Of a stretch of 64,000 nt of DNA, positions 1-8,337 are shown piece after piece (the stretch's first letter is position 1; the number at the start of each line of letters is the position of its first letter). The notes beneath the pieces are model-generated. The model saw only the letters and a program-made list of their open reading frames with translations. It ran no database searches and was not told the origin of the DNA. The stretch covers positions 166,928 to 230,927 of the forward strand of contig LCQK01000001.1 of assembly GCA_001004105.1 (NCBI GenBank). The letters run 5' to 3'. Source of the DNA: Candidatus Jorgensenbacteria bacterium GW2011_GWB1_50_10. GTDB lineage: Bacteria > Patescibacteriota > Minisyncoccia > UBA6257 > GWB1-50-10. The translations under genes were made by a program, and so were the position numbers.

Positions 1-620
1 ATTTGCGCCGCCCGAGACATCTGTGTCAAAAATTGAAGAGTCCAAGGTGCCGGTTAATTTCCCGGGCCGCCAGCTCGTTTCCACTTTGTAGTCGGAGTCG
101 CCGCAGCTATTGTCGTTTGCGCAATTGAAGCTTATCCAGCCGTCAATCTCATTCCAGGCGTAGCCCTGAAAAAGACCGTTTGCATCAATCGTTACCCGGT
201 AATTGGAATTAGAGCAGACGCTTGAAGCGTCTTCCACCGACGAACCGTCGCAGTCGCCGTCACCGCACCAGAAACTTATCCAGCCCACAGTATCGTTCCA
301 GGCACAGCCGGAGAGATTGCCGCTGCCGTCGGGGTTCGTAACCTGGTAGTTGGAGGTGCCGCAGATGTCGCCGGAAGGTGAAGTGTGGCAGTCAAGAGAA
401 ATTTCGGCAATGGAAGAAGAAGCGTAGCCGGAGATAGAGGAAGTGCTAACTTCCACGTTACCGTAGTGGTAGAAATCCCACCACCCGCTCACGTCTGACC
501 AAGCCCAGCGGTTTGTGGCGGAGATGTTGGTTGCCGAGCTGGAGGTTTGGACAAAAACAATAATGAGAGCCACCGCGAGGCCAGTGCCGACCACGATTGC
601 CGAAAGAAGTTTCTTCCACA
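1..620 (-). CDS. Partial (C-terminus beyond window edge) Cys-rich repeat surface/secreted protein with N-terminal signal-anchor; repeats contain GW(I/W)SF and C..GDxDC motifs
   Basis: Reverse strand is open from ATG at 620 to position 1 (MWKKLLSAIVVGTGLAVALIIVF...); hydrophobic N-terminus; internal repeats (NYQVTNPDG..GWISFWC / NYRVTIDANG..GWISFNC); TATAAT-like box just upstream on minus strand. Confidence 0.5.
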
Positions 621-671
621 TCTTTTAATTTAAATTATACCAGAATTTTGATAATCTGGAGGGAGGCAAAA

Positions 672-1712
672 ATGCTCTTCAATTTTAAAGTCGGTTTTAT
701 CGCGCTCCTGGGTCTTATTCTCGTTTTTGCCGCTTCCAATTTTGATTCCGTCGCGGACGGCAGCCGAAAATTCTTAGGTGAAGCGAGTGGTTTGTTCAAG
801 GAAACCTTCTTTCCGCAGGATAATTTCCGGGAAGTGGCGGTTATTCCGCTCAATTCTTCGGTGCCGGGTGAAGAAAAAAATGAACCGGTTGAGAAGGAAT
901 TATCCGCCGTGGCAGCGGTTTCCCGAACCGTTTGCGATTTTGATTCAGGTAGCGCGCCCGTGCCGGACAAAATAATTTTGAATGAAATTGCCTGGATGGG
1001 AACGGCCGCCGGTTTTGATAAAGAGTGGATTGAAATTAAAAACATTTCCGACGAACCGGCTAACATTTCCGGTTTTCAAATTTTAGATAGGGACGAACAG
1101 ATTAAAATTATTTTTCCAAAAGGAGCAATTATTCCCGCCGGAGGATTTTATCTTTTGGAACGCGGCGAAGAAGCCGTTTCACAAGTCAAAGCTGATTTAA
1201 CTTATACCGGTAATTTGCGGAACGCCGATGAAGCGCTTGAATTTTTTGACGGCGATTGCAATTTAATTGATGAAGCAAGCGCGAGTCCGAATTGGCCGGC
1301 CGGCGACAGCAAAAACAAATTTACAATGGAGAGAAACGCCGATGGAAATGGTTGGCACGCTTCTTCGGTGAAAGATGGGACGCCGAAAAAAGAGAATTCA
1401 TCAGCGGCGGTAATTCCTATAAGTCCGATAGGAAATGCAACAACTTCAGAAACAGCCGTTTCACCGGGCGATTCTTCGTTTCAATCGCCACCGCTATCGC
1501 CACCCGAAGCGTTTGTCGCGGGGAAAATCAACATCAACACAGCGGGATACGAGGAATTGCAGAAGATTACGGGTGTCGGGCCGGTAATCGCGGGGAGGAT
1601 CATTGATTACAGGAACGTGAACGGGCCATTTGGGCAAATTGAGGACATTAAAGATGTTAAAGGCATCGGCGACATCACGTTTCAGAAAATGCAAGATGAA
1701 ATCACTATATAG
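672..1712 (+). CDS. ComEA-like DNA-binding protein: N-terminal signal/TM, lamin-tail (LTD) domain, C-terminal helix-hairpin-helix
   Basis: GGAGG RBS 9 nt before ATG at 672 (track ORF 597 starts too early); LTD-like block ILNEIAWMG...WIEIKN...GFQILD; C-terminal HhH NINTAGYEELQKITGVGPVIAGRIIDYR..GPF as in ComEA. Confidence 0.7.
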   Translation: MLFNFKVGFIALLGLILVFAASNFDSVADGSRKFLGEASGLFKETFFPQDNFREVAVIPLNSSVPGEEKNEPVEKELSAVAAVSRTVCDFDSGSAPVPDKIILNEIAWMGTAAGFDKEWIEIKNISDEPANISGFQILDRDEQIKIIFPKGAIIPAGGFYLLERGEEAVSQVKADLTYTGNLRNADEALEFFDGDCNLIDEASASPNWPAGDSKNKFTMERNADGNGWHASSVKDGTPKKENSSAAVIPISPIGNATTSETAVSPGDSSFQSPPLSPPEAFVAGKININTAGYEELQKITGVGPVIAGRIIDYRNVNGPFGQIEDIKDVKGIGDITFQKMQDEITI

Positions 1713-1790
1713 GAAGTCCCGCCGCCGATCTCAGGCAACTCCTTTCTATAAGAAGTTCCGGACTTTTATTTCTTTTCTTTCTCTCTTTTT

Positions 1791-1818
1791 TCATTTTCTC
1801 CCATATGGGAGAAAATGA
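1791..1818. repeat. Perfect 28-nt palindrome TCATTTTCTCCCATATGGGAGAAAATGA (CCCATATGGG-core family)
   Basis: Reverse complement identical; intergenic downstream of ComEA-like gene; shares core TTTCTCCCATATGGGAGAAA with copies at 10339, 11038, 61877. Confidence 0.8.
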
Positions 1819-2144
1819 GATATGGCAAAAACTTCAGAGAGATGCTCAGCGGCATATTAGGGAATGGAGCAATCTTTTCTCCGATATAGGAGTAACGGAA
1901 ATTCTGAAGAGTTCGAGCTATAAACGGGTTGATTTCCAAGAAAATCAGGTTCAAATTCGGTTCGCGCCCTCGCCGCGCGGTTCAAAATAGGGGAATTGGG
2001 AAAAAATTTGCCAACCTCCGAAAATTATGACGTTTTAGGAGGTTATCCCCACTTGCCACGTTTGACCAGTCAGCCATAATTTATCATGCCGAGCGTCGAA
2101 GAAAATCCGCCGGCTGGCGGATTAAAAAAAATCAAAAATTTTTC

Positions 2145-4613
2145 ATGAAAAAAAGGAAAAACGTTGCCGCAAAAGTGGTCACCCTAACTGATGAAACCGT
2201 GAACTCCAGTTTTTCGGAGAATGCCTTGAAAATGATGCGGAAACGCTACCTTTTTACTGACGAGAGCGGCAAACAGGAGGTGCCGGCCGACATGTTCAGG
2301 CGCGTGGCAAAGAATTTGGCGGAAGTTGAACGCAATTACGAGCACGACGAAAGGCGGGTAAAGCAAGTTGAAGGCGATTTTTACGAAATCATGGCGCGGA
2401 AGGAATACACGCCGGCAGGACGGACGCTCACCAACGCCGGGACGCCGCAATCTTTGATTGCAAACTGCATCGTTCTCCCCATCCGCGATTCAATGGAAAG
2501 TATTTTCGGAACTTTGAAAGACGCTTCGCTCTTACAGCAAGCCGGTTCCGGTTTGGGATTCGCTATCGACGAGATGCGGCCCTCCATGTGGCCGACCAAG
2601 CGCTCGCGCGGCCACTCTTCCGGGCCGGTTTCGTTCCTGAAGGTTTACAACGAAGCGTTTGGCACGATTAAGCAGCAGGGCCGGCACGGCGCGAATATGG
2701 CGATGATGTCGGTCAATCACCCGGACGTTTTGGATTTCATCCGGTCCAAAGAAGTGGAAGGGGAAATCCGCAATTTCAATATCTCGGTCAAGGTGACCGA
2801 TGAATTTATGAAACTCGTTGAAGAAGCGCCGGAGACAAAATGGTACTGCGAGTGGAGCGGTGAAAAATTGAAACCGCGAAAAGTTTTGCGCCACCCGAAC
2901 GGCTCTGTTTACGGCTACGAAGACGTGGATATCACGGTCGGCGAAATGTTTGACGAAATCGTGGAGTACGCTTGGCTAAACGGCGAACCGGGAATCGTTT
3001 TCATTGACGAGGTGAATCGGACAAACCCTTTGCCCTCGCTCGGTCCCATTGCTTGTTCCAATCCCTGTGGCGAGCAATTTCTCCACCCTTACGACAACTG
3101 CAATTTGGGTTCCATCAATCTCGCGGTTTTCGTGAAAGACGGAAAGGCGGATTACGCCCGTTTGCGTTTTGCGACAAAGACCGCCGTGCGCCTAATGGAC
3201 AACGTCATTGACCGGTTTGATTTTCCGGTGAAAGAAGTGACCGAACTTGCCAAAAAGAACCGGCGCATCGGGCTCGGGATTATGGGTTTCGCCGACATGC
3301 TCTATCAGTTGGGAATTAAATACAATTCCGAAAAAGGATACGAGACGGCCGAGAAGGTGATGAGTGTGATTCAGGAAGCTTCGCATGAGGCCTCGGCGGA
3401 ACTCGCCAAAGAAAAAGGCGCCTTCCCCAATATCAAGAAGAGTATTTTTGCCAAAGGCCCGAAAATGCGCAACGCCGCTTTGACGACGGTCGCGCCCACC
3501 GGTTCCATTTCCATGATGTACGACACTTCTTCCGGGGTAGAACCCAATTTCGCCCTGGCCTATGTGAAACAGGACAAAGATGGCGTCAAGTATCACTATT
3601 TGAACAGGTATTTTGAGGAAGAATTGAAGCGGCGCAACTTTAGCGAGGAAAAAATCAATGAAATCAAGGAAGAAGTCATGAAAACCGGCGGCATCCAGAA
3701 ATTGGACTCTCTGCCTCAGGACTTGCGGGACACATACGTCATTTCCATGGATATTCCGGGAGGGGACCACGTGAAAATCCAGGCCGCTTTTCAGAAACAC
3801 GTTGATAATTCCATCTCCAAGACGATTAATTTCCCCGGGAGCGCGACCAGGGAAGACGTGAAGCGCGGTTATATCCAGGCCTGGAAGGCCGGTTGCAAGA
3901 GCTGCACGGTTTACCGCGACGGTAGCCGCAACGTCCAGGTTTTGAACGTAGGGAGCGGCGAGAACATGATTTCTATCACAGATGTTCCTTCGGGAAAGAA
4001 ACGCGAAGCGCAAGCGCAACCGGTTTTGAATCTGGAAATTGACAAAGGCAAGCTTTCACCCCGGACGCGGCCGGCAGTAATGAGCGGCAAGACCTATAAG
4101 ATGAAAATAGGCTACGGTAATCTGTACGTGACGATTAACGACGATGAGACCGGTGCGCCTTTTGAGGTTTTTGCCGCAATCGGCAAGACCGGCGGCTTTT
4201 TCCAAGAGCAGAGCGAGAGCATCTGCCGGCTGATATCGCTATCGCTTCGGGCCGGCATTAAAGTGGAGGAAATTATTGACAACCTTAAAGGTATTCGCGG
4301 ACCGATGCCGGTTTTCACCGACAAAGGCACAGTCCTATCGCTCCCGGATGCGATCGCGAGAATTCTGGAAGAACACGTGACCGGCAAGAAAGAAGATGCC
4401 GTGGAAGAGTTGCCACAGGTGGCGGAACTTCAAGCACCTCAACCATTGGTGGTTACGGCCAAAGTTGATTTGAATTCATATGAGAACGGCAACGGAACGA
4501 AATCAATCGCCGATTACGGCTTGATGCCGGGCTGCCCCGAATGCGGCGAGATGCTTCAGATGAGCGAAGGGTGCCTTTCTTGCCGCAACTGCGGCTTCAC
4601 GCGCTGTTTGTAA
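2145..4613 (+). CDS. nrdJ: Class II (adenosylcobalamin-dependent) ribonucleotide reductase NrdJ with C-terminal zinc ribbon
   Basis: 822 aa; active-site NPCGEQ, TVAPTGSIS, C-terminal CPECGE...CRNCG; monomeric class II RNR length. Confidence 0.85.
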   Translation: MKKRKNVAAKVVTLTDETVNSSFSENALKMMRKRYLFTDESGKQEVPADMFRRVAKNLAEVERNYEHDERRVKQVEGDFYEIMARKEYTPAGRTLTNAGTPQSLIANCIVLPIRDSMESIFGTLKDASLLQQAGSGLGFAIDEMRPSMWPTKRSRGHSSGPVSFLKVYNEAFGTIKQQGRHGANMAMMSVNHPDVLDFIRSKEVEGEIRNFNISVKVTDEFMKLVEEAPETKWYCEWSGEKLKPRKVLRHPNGSVYGYEDVDITVGEMFDEIVEYAWLNGEPGIVFIDEVNRTNPLPSLGPIACSNPCGEQFLHPYDNCNLGSINLAVFVKDGKADYARLRFATKTAVRLMDNVIDRFDFPVKEVTELAKKNRRIGLGIMGFADMLYQLGIKYNSEKGYETAEKVMSVIQEASHEASAELAKEKGAFPNIKKSIFAKGPKMRNAALTTVAPTGSISMMYDTSSGVEPNFALAYVKQDKDGVKYHYLNRYFEEELKRRNFSEEKINEIKEEVMKTGGIQKLDSLPQDLRDTYVISMDIPGGDHVKIQAAFQKHVDNSISKTINFPGSATREDVKRGYIQAWKAGCKSCTVYRDGSRNVQVLNVGSGENMISITDVPSGKKREAQAQPVLNLEIDKGKLSPRTRPAVMSGKTYKMKIGYGNLYVTINDDETGAPFEVFAAIGKTGGFFQEQSESICRLISLSLRAGIKVEEIIDNLKGIRGPMPVFTDKGTVLSLPDAIARILEEHVTGKKEDAVEELPQVAELQAPQPLVVTAKVDLNSYENGNGTKSIADYGLMPGCPECGEMLQMSEGCLSCRNCGFTRCL

Positions 4614-4630
4614 AAAACAAAAATAAAAGA

Positions 4631-4666
4631 CCAACCCGCCTCTCTTAAGGGGCGGGTTGCTGTTTG
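4631..4666 (+). terminator. Rho-independent terminator after nrdJ
   Basis: Stem CAACCCGCC / GGCGGGTTG (9 bp) with loop tctcttaag, followed by CTGTTTG. Confidence 0.55.
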
Positions 4667-4896
4667 CGGCCGTTGGGGATGAGACGGGCGAGAACTTCCT
4701 CTTCGGTTTCTGCTCTCCGCTCGCCGTTGCCGACGTCTCTTTTCCATCGGCAGACTTCCAGAGTGACGGTGAGATTGTACACGAACGATTTTTCTCCGTC
4801 CGCGGCGAGGTTTACCGCCGTAATCCAAGCGGGGTTGAGGCCGTAGAGGCAGATCCCTAACTCCTTCCGCTTTTCGGAGAGTTCAGTCGCGTCCAC
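4645..4896 (-). CDS. Hypothetical small protein (GC-rich islet), GTG start
   Basis: 83 aa ORF; GGGAGGG immediately upstream of GTG; weak motif similarity (NPxx..A..EV) to the N-terminal half of the 56507 orphan protein; opposite-strand ORF 4657..4860 is an alternative. Confidence 0.3.
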   Translation of the reverse strand: MDATELSEKRKELGICLYGLNPAWITAVNLAADGEKSFVYNLTVTLEVCRWKRDVGNGERRAETEEEVLARLIPNGRKQQPAP

Positions 4897-4968
4897 TTTC
4901 CCTCCCTGAGAGTTCTAATTTAATTATATTCCTCGCAGATTTGATTTTTTGAGGGAAAAGTGCATAAA

Positions 4969-5199
4969 CTACAGGTAGCCCCCATCTTGGAGGAATATAT
5001 GTTTCAGGGGATTATCGCCTTGCCGCCAGGAAGGACTCTGGATGACGTTCGGGAGTTGAAGCCCAACGAAGGCGAGTGGCGGCCGCTGCCTGGCCTCTTC
5101 TGCATCAGTGATAGCGAACCCGCCGTTGCTCACCCTAACACGGACGGTATCGTGGGGTGTCCGGCGTGTCTCGCTACAGAAGATTTCACCGACGGTCAC
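4969..5199 (-). CDS. Hypothetical small protein (GC-rich islet), GTG start; possible paralog of the downstream ORF
   Basis: 76 aa; GGGGAGGG upstream of GTG, same initiation signature as 4645..4896; C-terminal GDNPLKHIFLQDG resembles KYNPLLKAFLAYND of the 56507 protein; plus-strand ORF 4999..5250 (GGAGG-6-ATG) is an equally possible alternative in this GC-rich stretch. Confidence 0.25.
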   Translation of the reverse strand: MTVGEIFCSETRRTPHDTVRVRVSNGGFAITDAEEARQRPPLAFVGLQLPNVIQSPSWRQGDNPLKHIFLQDGGYL

Positions 5200-5262
5200 C
5201 GCCCTCCCCGGCGGTTCCGTCGTGCGCTCGTCGGTTCCGACAGCGAGTGACGGGCAACCGCA

Positions 5263-5309
5263 GAAGCGAAAACGGCTCCGAACATCAGTTCGGGGCCGCT
5301 TCGTTTTTC
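5263..5309. terminator. Imperfect hairpin with T-runs on both strands (bidirectional terminator between the GC-rich islet and the SWIB gene)
   Basis: GAAGCG...GGCTCCGAAC atca GTTCGGGGCC..CGCTTC then GTTTTTCC on plus; reverse reading gives the hairpin then TTTTCGCTTC. Confidence 0.45.
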
Positions 5310-5333
5310 CGGAAGAGATTTAGATAAAATATC

Positions 5334-5588
5334 CTAGGAAAGGTGTTTGGAAACGAGCTTTGTCATTTCAAACATGCTCACCGTTGCTTTGCCGCCAAAC
5401 ACTTTCTTAAGATTATCATCGGCGTTAATGTTGCGCTTGTTCATCGGGTCCTGGAGATTGTTCTTTTTGATGTATACCCAGAGCTTTTTAACGACCTCCG
5501 ACCTGGGCATGGGCCCCGAGCCGACCACAGCAGCCAGTTCCTCGCTGATATTCATCGGCCTCATAAACGCTGAATTAGATTTTGCCAT
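5334..5588 (-). CDS. SWIB/MDM2 domain protein
   Basis: 84 aa; LAAVVG..MPRSEVVKKLWVYIKKNNLQDP..KRNINADDNLKKVFG motif pattern typical of SWIB. Confidence 0.8.
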   Translation of the reverse strand: MAKSNSAFMRPMNISEELAAVVGSGPMPRSEVVKKLWVYIKKNNLQDPMNKRNINADDNLKKVFGGKATVSMFEMTKLVSKHLS

Positions 5589-5648
5589 ATGTTTTATTGA
5601 TTTTCGACAGCTTTATTATACCAAATTCCACTTAAACTTTCTATATGG

Positions 5649-5670
5649 GCTCCCCGGGCAGGGAATCGAA
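5649..5670 (-). repeat. Degenerate duplicate of the tRNA-Asn 3' end (T-loop half plus acceptor 3' strand), att-like direct repeat
   Basis: Minus-sense TTCGATTCCCTGCCCGGGGAGC vs the intact tRNA 3' end TTCGAATCCTGCCCGGGGAGC, about 108 bp apart; no complete cloverleaf can be folded for this copy. Confidence 0.5.
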
Positions 5671-5776
5671 CAAAATTTCGCCTTCGCGAAATTTTCTGAC
5701 ACCTTGCGGTTTCAGTACTTCTACCACGGGAAAACTCCCGTTTTCCCGACCCCTTTCCCGTTCGAATCCTACTCTG

Positions 5777-5848
5777 CTCCCCGGGCAGGATTCGAACCTG
5801 CGACCTTCGCTTTAACAGAGCGCCGCACTACCGCTGTGCTACCGGGGA
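5777..5848 (-). tRNA. tRNA-Asn (anticodon GTT)
   Basis: Minus-strand cloverleaf TCCCCGG TA GCAC AGCGGTA GTGC G GCGCT CTGTTAA AGCGA AGGTC GCAGG TTCGAAT CCTGC CCGGGGA G. Confidence 0.85.
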
Positions 5849-5999
5849 ATGTTGAAATTATTACACGATTTGTTAAGATACATCAAGCGATATGGACCGC
5901 AAAGAATTAATCAGGACAGTCTATCTTTATCTTTTCTCGCTGGGAGCGAAAGGAGAAAAACGCCTCGGCGTTTAGAATTCCTCAATTAAAAATAAATAT

Positions 6000-6073
6000 C
6001 CCCCTATAGCTCAGTCCGGTAGAGCAGCTCCCTTTTAAGGAGATGGTCCCAGGTTCAAATCCTGGTGGGGGGA
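6000..6073 (+). tRNA. tRNA-Lys (anticodon TTT)
   Basis: CCCCCTA TA GCTC AGTCCGGTA GAGC A GCTCC CTTTTAA GGAGA TGGTC CCAGG TTCAAAT CCTGG TGGGGGG A. Confidence 0.85.
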
Positions 6074-6103
6074 CAAGAGATTGGGGTATTTATTTTTGCC
6101 TCA

Positions 6104-6157
6104 CTGCCATCTGATAAGGAGATGGTCGTAGGTTCAAATCCTACACGGGGGACAAGA
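6104..6157 (+). pseudogene. Partial duplicate of the tRNA-Lys 3' half (anticodon-arm 3' side, T-arm, acceptor 3' strand) with compensatory T-stem changes
   Basis: TAAGGAGATGGTC-GTAGG-TTCAAATCC-TACAC-GGGGGACAAGA vs tRNA TAAGGAGATGGTC-CCAGG-TTCAAATCC-TGGTG-GGGGGACAAGA; no matching 5' acceptor strand. Confidence 0.5.
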
Positions 6158-6186
6158 TTTTTTAGAGGTGATATTATATAGAGGCT

Positions 6187-7614
6187 TTGAAAATACTCAA
6201 GAGCAAGAAAGTCATCATCGGTTTGATTGTCGTTGTTCTTGCGGTTTTTGTTTATTTCGTGAGCCGCGACAAAGGACCGCAGTACGAATACGCAGTCGCG
6301 GCGCGCGGCAACATCCTGCAGGAAGTAAGCGTCACCGGCCGCGTGAAGCCAGCGGAGGACGTGACGCTCGCTTTTGAAACAAGCGGCCGGGTGCGCTCCG
6401 TAAGCGTGAAGGTAGGTGATACGGTTTTTGCAGGGACGGTGCTCGTGCGACTGGATGCGGCTGAGCTTTCGGCCGAACTTGCCAAAGCCGAATCGGATTT
6501 GGCGACGCAGAGAGCAAAATTGGACGAAGCGAAAACAGCCCTCGGAAACGTTTACACAGGAGCGATAAATGATTTGAATAGTGCCTATCTTAAAGCCGAT
6601 GACGCGGTTCACGTGAAGATAACCTCGCTTTTTACAAGTTCCGGCCAGTCGGTTTATCAGCTCAGTTTCGACACCTGCGATTACGAGGCGAAAGTTAACG
6701 CCGGCGGTGAAAGGGCGGCGGCCGAAGAAGATTTGAAAAAATGGAAAAGCGAACTTGCGTTGTTGAACTCCGATTTATCGGAAACAGAGAGCGGCGAGTG
6801 GCTTAACGCCGGCCGGACCCACCTTAATCTAGTTAAAGGGCTTCTGGAAAATTTGAATAAAGCTCTGAATGCCGACTGCATTTTGAACCAATCATCGCTT
6901 GACACTTACCGGGCGAGTTTGAGCACGGCAAGGAGCAACGTTAATGATGCGCTTGTCGCGTTAAGCAATAAGGAACAAGCCATTCTTTCGCAGAAAGCTG
7001 CTGTCACCTCAGTCGAAGTGTCGGAGAAGAGCTACGAAGCTTCCGTTTCAACCATTAAAACCCAGCTTGCCAAAACCGTCCTTGTCTCGCCCATAAGAGG
7101 CACAATTTCTTCGGTGGAAGCGGAAGCTGGTGAGATTGTCGGCGCGAATGCCGCGGTTGCTTCCGTCATTTCCGCGGCGGAACTGGAAATCGAAGCCAAT
7201 ATCCCGGAGGTGGACGTGGCCAAAATCAAAGTCGGGGATGAGGCCAAAGTGACGCTCGACGCCTACGGAAGCGGCGTTGTTTTCCAAGCGATGGTTTTCC
7301 AAATTGACCCGGCCGAGAAAATCATTGAAGGAGTGCCGACCTATCGGACCAAACTGCAGTTTACGGAAAAAGACGAACGGATTAAATCCGGCATGACAGC
7401 GAATATTGATATTCTCGCGGCAGAGAAAGAAAACGTTATTTACGTCCCGGCGCGGGCGGTGGTGGGCGATGACAACCGGACTTTTGTGAGAATACTCGAG
7501 GGAAACATACCTAAAGAAGCTGATGTTCAAACCGGTTTGCGCGGTTCGGACGGCAACGTGGAGATAATTTCGGGCTTGAATGATGGAGATAAAGTAGTGA
7601 CTTTTGAGAAATAA
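6187..7614 (+). CDS. HlyD-family periplasmic adaptor (membrane fusion protein) of a MacAB-like efflux system
   Basis: 475 aa; N-terminal TM anchor, coiled-coil rich centre, C-terminal beta-barrel-like region; first gene of an adaptor/ABC/permease operon; the in-frame start appears to be TTG. Confidence 0.7.
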   Translation: MKILKSKKVIIGLIVVVLAVFVYFVSRDKGPQYEYAVAARGNILQEVSVTGRVKPAEDVTLAFETSGRVRSVSVKVGDTVFAGTVLVRLDAAELSAELAKAESDLATQRAKLDEAKTALGNVYTGAINDLNSAYLKADDAVHVKITSLFTSSGQSVYQLSFDTCDYEAKVNAGGERAAAEEDLKKWKSELALLNSDLSETESGEWLNAGRTHLNLVKGLLENLNKALNADCILNQSSLDTYRASLSTARSNVNDALVALSNKEQAILSQKAAVTSVEVSEKSYEASVSTIKTQLAKTVLVSPIRGTISSVEAEAGEIVGANAAVASVISAAELEIEANIPEVDVAKIKVGDEAKVTLDAYGSGVVFQAMVFQIDPAEKIIEGVPTYRTKLQFTEKDERIKSGMTANIDILAAEKENVIYVPARAVVGDDNRTFVRILEGNIPKEADVQTGLRGSDGNVEIISGLNDGDKVVTFEK

Positions 7615-7619
7615 AACAG

Positions 7620-8336
7620 ATGTCCCTCATTGAGGTTAAAAATCTTAAGAAGTCCTACGAAGCGGACGGGGCGGGGACGCCCGCGCTCCAGGGCGTAAAT
7701 TTCACCGTGGGAACGGGCGAATTCGTGGCGGTCATGGGCCCATCGGGGTCCGGCAAGTCAACCTTGCTTCATATTTTGGGATTTTTGGACCGGCAGAGTA
7801 CCGGCAAATATTTTTTTGAAGGCAGAGCCATAGACGAGTATTCCGACGACGAACTCGCTTTAGTCCGCAATAAGAAAATGGGATTTGTTTTCCAAACTTT
7901 CAATCTTCTGCCGCGGATGACCGCCTTGGAGAACGTGGAGCTGCCCCTGGTTTACGCGGGTATACCCGAGAGAACAAGAAGAAAAATGGCCGAAGCTGCG
8001 ATTGCGGATGTCGGCCTCGCTCACCGCTTGCATTACGAATCAACCAAGCTCTCCGGCGGGGAAAAACAACGGGTCGCGATTGCCCGCGCCCTCGTGAACG
8101 ACCCGGCCGTGATTTTTGCCGATGAGCCGACCGGCAATTTGGATTCGGAGTCCGGCCGCCAAATCATGGAAATCATCCGCAATTTGAACCAAACGCACGG
8201 CCACACGGTGATTTTAATCACTCACGAAACCTATACGGCCAATTACGCTGAGCGGGTGATTAAACTCCTTGACGGGGAAATCGTCAGCGATGAAAAAGTC
8301 GCCGAGAGGACAACGGGCGTGAGCTTCAAAAAATGA
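7620..8336 (+). CDS. ABC transporter ATP-binding protein (MacB/LolD-like)
   Basis: Walker [10 protein letters not shown], signature [15 protein letters not shown], Walker [13 protein letters not shown]. Confidence 0.85.
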   Translation: MSLIEVKNLKKSYEADGAGTPALQGVNFTVGTGEFVAVMGPSGSGKSTLLHILGFLDRQSTGKYFFEGRAIDEYSDDELALVRNKKMGFVFQTFNLLPRMTALENVELPLVYAGIPERTRRKMAEAAIADVGLAHRLHYESTKLSGGEKQRVAIARALVNDPAVIFADEPTGNLDSESGRQIMEIIRNLNQTHGHTVILITHETYTANYAERVIKLLDGEIVSDEKVAERTTGVSFKK

Positions 8337-8337
8337 C

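Noticed and set aside
1990-2144. Possible cobalamin riboswitch or NrdR box upstream of nrdJ
   Set aside because: Hairpins are present (AACCTCC..GGAGGTT; AATCCGCC-ggct-GGCGGATT) but I found no B12-box or NrdR-box consensus.
3192-4019. 275-aa minus-strand ORF inside nrdJ
   Set aside because: It is an antisense shadow ORF within a well-supported coding region, and the same holds for 43072-44554 inside the 42902 gene.
4999-5250. Plus-strand 83-aa ORF with GGAGG-6-ATG in the GC-rich islet
   Set aside because: It is not rejected outright. It competes with two minus-strand ORFs that share a GTG/GGGAGGG initiation signature and motif similarity to the 56507 protein. Coding strand cannot be settled by eye in a GC-rich stretch.
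5347-5910. 187-aa plus-strand ORF
   Set aside because: It is antisense to the SWIB gene and runs across tRNA-Asn.
6055-6612. 185-aa minus-strand ORF
   Set aside because: It spans both tRNA-Lys copies and is antisense to the HlyD-family gene.
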